A stretch of DNA of 19,273 bases from Rhodothermaeota bacterium MED-G12. GTDB taxonomy: Bacteria > Bacteroidota > Rhodothermia > Balneolales > Balneolaceae. The notes under the pieces are model-generated. The model was not told the origin of the DNA and did not search any database. It saw nothing but the letters and a program-made list of their open reading frames with translations. The stretch lies in the NCBI GenBank assembly GCA_002457365.1, contig NTKP01000032.1, positions 1-19,273 of the forward strand. Direction: 5' to 3'. A program made the translations under genes and the position numbers. Positions 1 through 8,137 of this stretch are shown here, in pieces (positions within the stretch are counted from its first letter, which is position 1; each line of letters starts with the position of its first letter).

Positions 1-1
1 T

Positions 2-2368
2 TCTATGGGACGTGAAGGGATGTCTATTCAGTTAGTAGAATCTGATTACAACTTGTTAGAATCATATGTACGTGGCGATGTTATTACCTTTGATGCTACT
101 CTTGGTTTCTATAATGGTACTGCACAGGTCGGAGTTGAAAATGTTATCCTTGTAGGTAATGTAAATGCTGATTACACAGATTATGCTTCACTATTAGAGC
201 CTTGGGAAGTACCTATGAGTGAATTAAATACCTTTACGGGTACTGAATTGTACATGAATATCGAAGGATATTTACAATATAATGGTGCCTATGTTAAGTT
301 CCCATCCTCTACGGTAACTCAAGCGGGTGAATTTAATGGCCGTGTTGATTGGTCGGTAAATCAAGGTGGCTCTCGTATGTACGTATACGACACCTCCCTT
401 CGTTTCAGAAACGACCATGCTATTGGTGCTGAAGGTTATATCCCTTCGTATAACGCACGAAGAATCGACGGTGATGACGGTCCATTTGTTGCCCCAGCTT
501 CTGGAGCTAATGTAGACATTAGTGGATTTGTGAACTTTGTTGGGGACGATCCTGATGGACTCGTGCCTAGTGGTAACGGTGCCCTTTCTATCAACCCATT
601 TGAAGATGGAGTGGTATGGTTAAACGAGGCACGTTTTGTGGATGGTCAAGATGTTGGTGGAACTACTTTTAGTTGGCCCAATGACCTAGTAGTAAATGGA
701 TTACCTCCTGTGTTTTCTAATATCATGTTATCGGATTCAGCGATTACTTCAACCGATGAAGTGACCGTTAGCGCTGATATTGTAGGGGCCGAAGGAGCTA
801 CTATAACAGCAGTGAGCTTAACCTACAGTGTTGGTGGTAAGGATTCTACTGTTACAATGACCAACTCTGCTGGTGATACCTACGAGTTTACACTACCTGC
901 TTTCCCTAATTTCTCAGCGGTTTCTTTTCACATAGAAGCAACTGACTCAGAAGGATTGACAGGACGTGCGCCTTTATCTGGCGGGTTCAATTTCTTTGTG
1001 CAGGATGAGCCAATTACCAGCATAGAGTTTTTACAAAAAACAGACAACACCGGTGGTGACAGTCCACTCTTTGGACTCGGTAACCTAGACGTTAACATAA
1101 CCGCTACTGTAGTGGCAAGTGCTGTTACTGATGGGTTTATTGTAATTCAAGACAAAGCTGCTGCTTGGTCTGGTATTTTTGTTGAGCAAGATAATGCTAC
1201 GTCTGCCTTAGCACAGGGAGATATTATCAACATCACCAATTTAGCTACAAATGAGACCTATGGTGTTACTTCAGCTATCCTTAACGAGTTCACTAAAACA
1301 GGAACGAATGCGGAAATGGATACCTTAGCAATGTCTGCCATCACCCAAGATGTTGTGGCAAACTTCGAAGCACACGAAGGTTTACTCCTTTCTCTTGATG
1401 ATGTACGTGTCATTACCAACCAAGCCGATGGAGGTTCTGATTATGGTGAGTGGATGATTGGTTCACGTCAAGGTGGTGGTGCAGCTGATACCTTAGAAGT
1501 TGGCGAAGGTCTTCGGGTAGATGACAACGTAAACTTTGGCCAATTAACCTATGGTTCTAACCTAAACGAACATGTGAAAATTGGTGCGGTTATCGATAAT
1601 TTTACAGGAGTTCTACACTACAGCTATGGTAACCCAAAAATGATCATGCGTAGCCTGGATGATGTTACTTCATCTGACTGGACGGTTCCAATGACAGATT
1701 TTGTGCTTAAAACACCTGAAGAAGGAGCCACTATTGTTGCAAATGAAGATGTTACTCCAACATGGTCAGCAACTACAGATTTGGATGGCAATACTGTACG
1801 ATATGAAAAGGTTTTATATCTACCGGATTCTACAGAGTTCTTTGCTGCTCCTTCAAATAATGACGGTTTGGATACGGAAATAACCGTACCAGCAACATTA
1901 TTAGATCAACTACTAGTTTCAGCAGGAGTTGCAGATGGTGAGAGTGTAACACTACTTTGGAATGTGCGAGTGAATGATGGTGTAGACACCCTAGCCATAT
2001 CAAGTGGATATGATATAGACACTAATACATTTACCCCAATCTATAGAACAGCAACATTTACCAATAGTTCAGAAGTTAACAACGAAGTGGTAGCAGGACT
2101 TCCTGAGAAGTTTGACCTCAAACCTAACTATCCAAATCCATTTAACCCAAGTACGCGTATTTCATTTGACCTACCTGAGTCAGCTGAAGTTCGACTAACG
2201 GTATTTGATGTGTTGGGTAGACAAGTAGCAACCTTGGTCAATCAGCCAATGAAAGCGGGTTCTCATACCGTGAATTTTGATGCTCAACGTTTAGCGAGTG
2301 GGGTATACATATACCGACTAGAAGCAGGTAGCTTCAGTATGACTCGAAACATGATGTTGATTAAATAA
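2..2368 (+). CDS. Large secreted protein, 5'-truncated by the window edge; T9SS cargo with Ig-like and OB-like beta modules
   Basis: The frame is open from position 2 to TAA at 2366-2368. The first Met (MGREGMSIQ...) has no signal peptide, so the true N-terminus lies upstream. The C-terminal 85 aa are a textbook T9SS sorting domain. Internal modules include VNITATVVASAVTDGFIVIQDKAAAWSGIFVEQ...GDIINITNLATNETYGVT and GAVIDNFTGVLHYSYGNPKMIMRSLDDV, plus an Ig-like segment (EVTVSADIVGAEGATITAVSLTYSVGGKDSTVTMTNSAGDTYEFTLP). Confidence 0.85.
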   Translation, partial: SMGREGMSIQLVESDYNLLESYVRGDVITFDATLGFYNGTAQVGVENVILVGNVNADYTDYASLLEPWEVPMSELNTFTGTELYMNIEGYLQYNGAYVKFPSSTVTQAGEFNGRVDWSVNQGGSRMYVYDTSLRFRNDHAIGAEGYIPSYNARRIDGDDGPFVAPASGANVDISGFVNFVGDDPDGLVPSGNGALSINPFEDGVVWLNEARFVDGQDVGGTTFSWPNDLVVNGLPPVFSNIMLSDSAITSTDEVTVSADIVGAEGATITAVSLTYSVGGKDSTVTMTNSAGDTYEFTLPAFPNFSAVSFHIEATDSEGLTGRAPLSGGFNFFVQDEPITSIEFLQKTDNTGGDSPLFGLGNLDVNITATVVASAVTDGFIVIQDKAAAWSGIFVEQDNATSALAQGDIINITNLATNETYGVTSAILNEFTKTGTNAEMDTLAMSAITQDVVANFEAHEGLLLSLDDVRVITNQADGGSDYGEWMIGSRQGGGAADTLEVGEGLRVDDNVNFGQLTYGSNLNEHVKIGAVIDNFTGVLHYSYGNPKMIMRSLDDVTSSDWTVPMTDFVLKTPEEGATIVANEDVTPTWSATTDLDGNTVRYEKVLYLPDSTEFFAAPSNNDGLDTEITVPATLLDQLLVSAGVADGESVTLLWNVRVNDGVDTLAISSGYDIDTNTFTPIYRTATFTNSSEVNNEVVAGLPEKFDLKPNYPNPFNPSTRISFDLPESAEVRLTVFDVLGRQVATLVNQPMKAGSHTVNFDAQRLASGVYIYRLEAGSFSMTRNMMLIK
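2111..2365 (+). other. T9SS (Por) C-terminal sorting domain of the preceding CDS
   Basis: FDLKPNYPNPFNPSTRISFDLPESAEVRLTVFDVLGRQVATLVNQPMKAGSHTVNFDAQRLASGVYIYRLEAGSFSMTRNMMLIK. It has the canonical NYPNPFNP..T.I.F.L, V.L.V.D..GR.V and SG.Y.Y.L motifs at the extreme C-terminus. Confidence 0.88.
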
Positions 2369-2390
2369 ATTTTTTGATGTAAATCATTTT

Positions 2391-2428
2391 GAGATGAGAG
2401 CGGGAGTTCTCATCTCATCTTCTTTTTT
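2391..2428 (+). terminator. Rho-independent terminator after the T9SS cargo gene
   Basis: Perfect 9-bp stem GAGATGAGA (2391-2399) / TCTCATCTC (2408-2416), an 8-nt loop, then the T-rich tail atctTCTTTTTT. It starts 23 nt after the stop codon. Confidence 0.75.
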
Positions 2429-2463
2429 GTACTCCGGTACCTTGTTCACTTAAGTAGTTCATT

Positions 2464-2484
2464 CAATTAGTTGACCCAATTAGT
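2464..2484 (+). promoter_or_regulatory. 8-bp direct repeat CAATTAGT-N5-CAATTAGT upstream of the five-gene operon; candidate regulator site flanking a TTGACC hexamer
   Basis: CAATTAGT occurs at 2464-2471 and again at 2477-2484, a 13-bp period. It lies 57-77 nt upstream of ATG 2541, and TTGACC (2471-2476) overlaps the first copy and the spacer. I could not identify a convincing -10 element. Confidence 0.3.
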
Positions 2485-2540
2485 GTCGTAAAAGTCCAAT
2501 CAAGTTGGGCTTAACCCTTAAAGATTCGATTATACTGCTC

Positions 2541-4088
2541 ATGCCCGTACGTTTATTTTCTTATTTGCGCAGCCAACTAACCCTTCTTGGAGTACTAGTT
2601 ATTGGCATTCTTTGGGCTTCTTGTGATGCTGGAATAACTGGGGACTATATCGAAAACCAAGCCCCCAGCACCTACATGACCATAGCGGGCATCGATCGGG
2701 AAGACGAATTTAGATTGTCCAGCCAAATTCGGATTTCATGGTGGGGAAATGATCCAGATGGCTATGTCGCAGGTTTTGAATACGCCATAAATGACACCTC
2801 GGAGGGAGCATGGTCCTTCACAACCAGAACTGATAGTACCTTTATTTTGCCTATTACGGAAGGTCAAACGGTAGATGATGTGTTGTTTAAAGTGCGTGCT
2901 ATCGATAATGATGGGGCCAAAGATCCAGTGGGAGCCAGGTTGCGGTATCCAATTATTAATTCAACCCCATCGGCTGCCTTCAAGCCAACTGAAACCCCAG
3001 CTGACACTATGTTTGGAATTGCTAGTTTCGGCTGGACCATAGACGATCCGGATGGGTTGCTGAATGTTAGAAGCACACAAATTGCGTTCAATGACACGCT
3101 CAATGGGTGGGTAGATATTCCGTTTAATGCCACAAACAATGGAGAGCTTTTTATCTCAGTATCCGTTGACAACAAGACCGTTGGGATCAAAACAGGTCAG
3201 GTGTATCTTGGGCGTTCCTACAGCAGCGCTATTGATGGAGAAGGGAACCCCATACTAGTTAGTGGAATTGAGGTTGGTGCGACGAATACCGCTTATGTCC
3301 GAACCATCGATGCAGCAGGGGCAGTAAGTATGCGTGATCAGGTCCAGTGGTATGTAAAGCAACAAAAATCCAAGGTGCTATTTCTCAATGACATTGGTAA
3401 AAATTCATCCCTTGATGACATGAACTGGCACCTTAGCTATTTAAGCGAATTGGGGATTGACCCGGATATATGGTTAATAAACACGGGCCAACCTGCATTA
3501 GGGACGATTGAACTCTCAGATCAATTCCCAAAAGTGGTGAATCCTACACTTAAAAAAACCTTATCACAATGGGACCATATCTATTGGGTTTCGGACGATG
3601 TAGATCGAAATATTGTACATGCCTTAGACATTACTTCTGAATTTTTCGCTGGAGGTGGAAGCATGTTTGTCACCATTCCTATGAAAGAGGTTTCTCAAGA
3701 AGACGTGATATTTAACTTTCTTCCGGTTGATTCGATTGGCTTCTTTCCACCAGGCGGTATCGAGACAGGATTTGTTATTAACGCTGGAACCGAAATAACT
3801 CCAGTAGATGAACCCAATGCTCCGACCTTGAAATTGGAATCTCGTGTGGTAGGCTGGTATCCATTACAAGCGGTATCTGGTTCTACCTTATTATATGAGT
3901 CGGATTATCGCTCCACTACCTTATTAGGATTTATTACTGACTACACTATAATGGAAGGGGTAAGCATTAAGAATACGGAAGGTAATCTCATTTACTTTGG
4001 AATGGATTTAACCAAACTTAATGGGAATAACAACATGAAGGATTTTATAGAGTACATGTGCCTGCAACAGTTAGGATTCCAACAATAA
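2541..4088 (+). CDS. Predicted lipoprotein: two tandem W-x-G-x-DPDG / R-x-ID-x-x-GA beta-sandwich modules plus an uncharacterised alpha/beta-like C-terminal half
   Basis: ATG 2541 gives MPVRLFSYLRSQLTLLGVLVIGILWASC, with a signal peptide and lipobox Cys. The track's TTG 2505 start only adds 12 aa upstream. Repeat 1 is IRISWWGNDPDGYVAGFEYAINDT...FKVRAIDNDGAKDP. Repeat 2 is ASFGWTIDDPDGLLNVRSTQIAFNDT...AYVRTIDAAGAVS. There is a 10-nt gap to the next gene. Confidence 0.8.
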   Translation: MPVRLFSYLRSQLTLLGVLVIGILWASCDAGITGDYIENQAPSTYMTIAGIDREDEFRLSSQIRISWWGNDPDGYVAGFEYAINDTSEGAWSFTTRTDSTFILPITEGQTVDDVLFKVRAIDNDGAKDPVGARLRYPIINSTPSAAFKPTETPADTMFGIASFGWTIDDPDGLLNVRSTQIAFNDTLNGWVDIPFNATNNGELFISVSVDNKTVGIKTGQVYLGRSYSSAIDGEGNPILVSGIEVGATNTAYVRTIDAAGAVSMRDQVQWYVKQQKSKVLFLNDIGKNSSLDDMNWHLSYLSELGIDPDIWLINTGQPALGTIELSDQFPKVVNPTLKKTLSQWDHIYWVSDDVDRNIVHALDITSEFFAGGGSMFVTIPMKEVSQEDVIFNFLPVDSIGFFPPGGIETGFVINAGTEITPVDEPNAPTLKLESRVVGWYPLQAVSGSTLLYESDYRSTTLLGFITDYTIMEGVSIKNTEGNLIYFGMDLTKLNGNNNMKDFIEYMCLQQLGFQQ

Positions 4089-4098
4089 ACCTTAGCCA

Positions 4099-7080
4099 AT
4101 GAATACAAAAAAACATATCCGTTCTTTTCTATTTTTAGCTGGCTGTTTTATTAGTTTGATGATGTATGGCAGCACAGCACTTAAGGCACAAAGCACCGGT
4201 GATATTACCGGGGTTATTACCGAAGAGGCAACGGGTGAGACCTTACCTGGCGTGAATGTTCGAATTGTAGGAACAAATTTTGGAGCCGCAACGGATGTGG
4301 ACGGCCGATTCACCATTAAAAGTATTAGACCTGGAGAATATACCCTCGAAATCACCTTTATTGGATTTCAAGTCACTCAATTAACAGGGATTGTAGTCAC
4401 AGCTGGACAGACAACCGAAGTAGCCCAAAGCCTTACCGAACAAATTTTTGAATCCGATCAAGAAGTGGTGGTCATTGGTGAGGCACCTATTTTTGATGTT
4501 GAAAAATCAACTACATCATCGACTATTTCCAAAAAAGATATCGAGGCGGCACCTATACAGCGAGTAGAAGATGCAGTATCACTACAATCCGGGGTGGTTA
4601 AAGACCCTACTGGACTTTATATAAAGGGGGGACGTGCCTATGAAACTGGCTATGTGGTTGATGGTGTTTCTGCACAGGATCCATTAGCTGGAACGGGGTT
4701 TGGACTCGATTTAGGATCTAACTCGTTCAGTAATATAGAAGTAATTACAGGTGGTGTTGGGGCAGAATATGGGGACGTAACCTCAGGTGTCGTTTCGGTG
4801 CAAACTCAAAATGGGGGAGATCGTTACGAAGGTAATTTCTCACACAAACGAGATAATTTAGGCAGCAACGTATTGTCTAATCAGGCAAACTTTTTCTCTG
4901 ACATCTATGAATTAAGCTTAGGTGGTCCATCACTATTAACGGAACAGTTATTGCCTGCTTTAGGTATTGATTTGCCTGGATCACTTACCTTTTTTGCAAC
5001 AGGACAAATTTCGTTAACCGATGGATATACCAAATTATCAGCGAGTCAAATTCGTTCATCCATCGTGAACACTGATTTTTGGTCCCCTCGTCAAGGGAAC
5101 CGGTGGAATGGGATGTTTAAGATGACCTACAACATCAAACCTGGTGTTCGACTACAGGGCGCGTATCAGCGCTCGTTAACCATCAACCAGAATACGCGAA
5201 TGCTTCAGATAACAGGGGCCGATACGCAGATTCGACCAGGTTTTCAGTTCGCATTTTCAAATGGGTTTTTAGATAATGCCAGTACGTATACCCACGATAG
5301 TAATTTGTCCTACCTAAAATATACTCAGACGCTCTCGCAGTCGGCTTTTTATGAGGTTCAGGTGAGTCGATTATTTACCCGGCTCCGCGCCGATGCAAAT
5401 GGGCGTAAATGGCGCCCAACCAATGTGGATAGTGAGTTTGACCCAGAGAGTATTGTGACTTCTCCTGCAGAAGAGTTTGAAGGAGGCGAGGACTTTACCT
5501 ATGTACTAGCAGGTCCAGGTTATGTGAATAATGGGGGTATTTCCACTCTATGGCACGATCACTTTGCGGAGGAACTTACCGTGAAAAGTAGCCTAACTAA
5601 GTTTTTTGGCGATCGCACGAATCAAATAGTAGCGGGATTTGAATTTAAATTTAATGACTATCAGTGGATTGATATCACACGTCCTTGGATTGGGGCACCT
5701 ATATTTATTGATGAGAACAGGACTTCGGAAACGTTTAGGGTAGGGGAAACTTTTGATGCATGGCGAGTTAAGCCAAAAAGAGGAGCCATTTTTGTAACCG
5801 ATAAAATAAGGTACAATGGTCTTATTGCTAATATTGGGGCGCGATTGGAATATTGGGCGCCTGGGCGCTATGTGGACAATGCGGTAAATAATGCCCTTGA
5901 TCCAAATACCCTTTCCACCATCCCTACATTTGTGGCACAAGATTATCTAGACAGTAGTACCGAGATTTTGGGTCTTCGCTATAAGTTTAGGTTCTTACCC
6001 AAGATTAATGTGTCGTTCCCCGTTCGGGAAAACCAAGTGTTGTTCTTTAATTACGGACACTCGACACGAATTCCTCACCCCTCTTATATATATGCAGGTC
6101 TAGATCCTTTTTATCAAGATCAGTCCGATTTGCCTGATTTAGGGAACCCCAACTTGGATCCAGAAGTTGACATTTCTTATGAAATTGGGTTCAGAAATCA
6201 AATTACTTCGAACGATGCATTTAATGCTTCTGCCTTCTGGAGAGATAAATATGATTTTGTTACCACCCAATCTATTCGAGTTCAGGATGTAGATGGTCGA
6301 AACGTAAGTAAAGCCTTCCGTATTAATGGGGATTATGCCCGCTCGCGAGGGGTAGAGTTATCCTACATCAAACGCTACAAGGATTTAATTCGAGGTCAAC
6401 TTTCCTTTACCTATTCACGAGCAGAGGGGCTAAGTTCTACTAATGATGATAATTTAAATGCAATCAATGCAAACCAAAACATCGGAAGTAACGTAGAAAC
6501 TCCATTAGCTTGGGATCGCCCATTTGATATAAAAGGTAATATCACTTTTACTCATGATAGGCCACAAGGTTTGTTTGGCTGGTCGGCTTTAAATGACTTT
6601 CAGATCTTTTTATCTGGGGTGTGGCGATCCGGGACCCGTTATACTCCTATGGAATTCATCGGGCTACAAAGAAACCCAGTTACAGGTAGAGAAGACTGGC
6701 GACCTATTTATGAGCGCGTAGTCGATCCTGCTAAGCGTTACAGTGAATTAGGCCCTGCTTGGTTCTACATGGATTTGAACATTCAAAAGTGGTTTGAAGT
6801 ACAAGGGGTTCGTATTTCTACCTTTGTTGAACTAACTAATGTGTTGGATAACAGAAGTTCAGTCATCGTTAATCCGGTTACAGGTGAAGGGTATAAGAAA
6901 TATCCTCGAGATCCTGCGGCGTTGATGGCGCTTCGAAGCGATCGAAGTTATGATGTCCCAGGTAATGTTCGCGATCCAAGGTATTTAGATCCAACCGATA
7001 ATAACTTACCCGCTTACGATAACCCGGCCAATTATATAGAACAACGGCACTTAATGGTAGGGGTATCGATTCGATTCTAA
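4099..7080 (+). CDS. TonB-dependent outer-membrane receptor with an N-terminal carboxypeptidase-regulatory-like domain; no adjacent SusD
   Basis: The signal peptide ends ...TALKAQ. The CarboxypepD_reg-like domain reads GVITEEATGETLPGVNVRIVGTNFGAATDVDGRFTIKSIRPGEYTLEITFIGF. The plug reads IKGGRAYETGYVVDGVSAQDP...IEVITGGVGAEYGDVTSGVVSVQT. A long barrel ends in an aromatic residue (...MVGVSIRF). Confidence 0.93.
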   Translation: MNTKKHIRSFLFLAGCFISLMMYGSTALKAQSTGDITGVITEEATGETLPGVNVRIVGTNFGAATDVDGRFTIKSIRPGEYTLEITFIGFQVTQLTGIVVTAGQTTEVAQSLTEQIFESDQEVVVIGEAPIFDVEKSTTSSTISKKDIEAAPIQRVEDAVSLQSGVVKDPTGLYIKGGRAYETGYVVDGVSAQDPLAGTGFGLDLGSNSFSNIEVITGGVGAEYGDVTSGVVSVQTQNGGDRYEGNFSHKRDNLGSNVLSNQANFFSDIYELSLGGPSLLTEQLLPALGIDLPGSLTFFATGQISLTDGYTKLSASQIRSSIVNTDFWSPRQGNRWNGMFKMTYNIKPGVRLQGAYQRSLTINQNTRMLQITGADTQIRPGFQFAFSNGFLDNASTYTHDSNLSYLKYTQTLSQSAFYEVQVSRLFTRLRADANGRKWRPTNVDSEFDPESIVTSPAEEFEGGEDFTYVLAGPGYVNNGGISTLWHDHFAEELTVKSSLTKFFGDRTNQIVAGFEFKFNDYQWIDITRPWIGAPIFIDENRTSETFRVGETFDAWRVKPKRGAIFVTDKIRYNGLIANIGARLEYWAPGRYVDNAVNNALDPNTLSTIPTFVAQDYLDSSTEILGLRYKFRFLPKINVSFPVRENQVLFFNYGHSTRIPHPSYIYAGLDPFYQDQSDLPDLGNPNLDPEVDISYEIGFRNQITSNDAFNASAFWRDKYDFVTTQSIRVQDVDGRNVSKAFRINGDYARSRGVELSYIKRYKDLIRGQLSFTYSRAEGLSSTNDDNLNAINANQNIGSNVETPLAWDRPFDIKGNITFTHDRPQGLFGWSALNDFQIFLSGVWRSGTRYTPMEFIGLQRNPVTGREDWRPIYERVVDPAKRYSELGPAWFYMDLNIQKWFEVQGVRISTFVELTNVLDNRSSVIVNPVTGEGYKKYPRDPAALMALRSDRSYDVPGNVRDPRYLDPTDNNLPAYDNPANYIEQRHLMVGVSIRF

Positions 7081-7081
7081 C

Positions 7082-8137
7082 ATGAATTCAATAAAACAGC
7101 ATATCAAACGTACGTTCTATTACAGCATATTCCCGAAAAGTCTTTATGTATCTATTGCATTCATAGGATTGTTATTTTTATTCGTAGTTGGTTCTACTAC
7201 TACGCTAAAAGCACAAAAAAGCTTTGGGCAAGACCGAGCAGGTACGGAAGGGTTTCAGTTTACCAAAATCCCTGTCGATCCCCGTTCGGCGGCTATGGGG
7301 AACTCCAATATGGCCGATGCAATGGATGGCTCTAGTTTATATTGGAATCCTGCTTTATCGGCAGAAACGAATGGATCAGAATTTATGGTCAGTCATACGG
7401 AGTATGTAGCTGGTATTCAGCAAGATTATTTTAGTTATATCCAAAGGATAAATAGCTATGCAATTGGTGTTTCCGTTCAGTACTTAGGTTCTGGTGACAT
7501 AATGGAAACTACGGAATTTCAACCCTTTGGTACGGGCAGAATATTTTCAACCCACCACATGGCTGCCGGACTTTCTGTTGCTCAGAAGGTAACGGATTTG
7601 TTCAGTTATGGCCTTAGTTTTAAATATTTATTAGAGAAAGTTGAAGAGATACAATACCAGAGTGGTGCAATAGATTTTGGTTTTGCTTACCGGGTAGGAG
7701 ATACAGGACTGCGTTTTGCAGTCGGGATTAATAACTTTGGATTAGATGCGACTCCTGAAGGTACGACGAGTAGAGAGTCACTAGATGGCCTTAAAGAAAT
7801 TGTACCGGAGACCAATACATCACTTCCTACTCGCTTTCATATCGGGGCGGCTTATGATTTGGTAAAAAATCAACAAAATAAGGTAATTCTTACCGCTCAA
7901 GTAACGAATCCATCCGACAATGCAGAGCAGTTAAACATCGGGGCGGAGTACAGTTTTATGGATCAGTTCTACTTGCGTACGGGCTATGAGTTTGGTCAGT
8001 TAGAACGCCGTATGCCTAGTTTAGGGGGTGGCGTTGCGGTGCCCTTTGCAGGCCGAACATTAAAGGCAGATTATGCTTACACACGGTTTGAGCGTTTGGG
8101 GCAAATTCATCGGATAGGAGTGAGGGTAAGTTTATGA
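7082..8137 (+). CDS. PorV/PorQ-family (FadL-like) outer-membrane beta-barrel protein
   Basis: The signal peptide ends ...TLKAQ. The family N-terminal motif is present: FQFTKIPVDPRSAAMGNSNMADAMDGSSLYWNPALSA. Alternating beta-strand patterning runs throughout. It starts 1 nt after the receptor stop. Confidence 0.78.
   Translation: MNSIKQHIKRTFYYSIFPKSLYVSIAFIGLLFLFVVGSTTTLKAQKSFGQDRAGTEGFQFTKIPVDPRSAAMGNSNMADAMDGSSLYWNPALSAETNGSEFMVSHTEYVAGIQQDYFSYIQRINSYAIGVSVQYLGSGDIMETTEFQPFGTGRIFSTHHMAAGLSVAQKVTDLFSYGLSFKYLLEKVEEIQYQSGAIDFGFAYRVGDTGLRFAVGINNFGLDATPEGTTSRESLDGLKEIVPETNTSLPTRFHIGAAYDLVKNQQNKVILTAQVTNPSDNAEQLNIGAEYSFMDQFYLRTGYEFGQLERRMPSLGGGVAVPFAGRTLKADYAYTRFERLGQIHRIGVRVSL

Noticed and set aside
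2505-2540. TTG start at 2505 for the first lipoprotein gene, as given in the ORF track
   Set aside because: ATG 2541 yields a compact, canonical signal peptide (MPVRLFSYLRSQ...WASC). The extra 12 residues have no support, though the longer form cannot be excluded.
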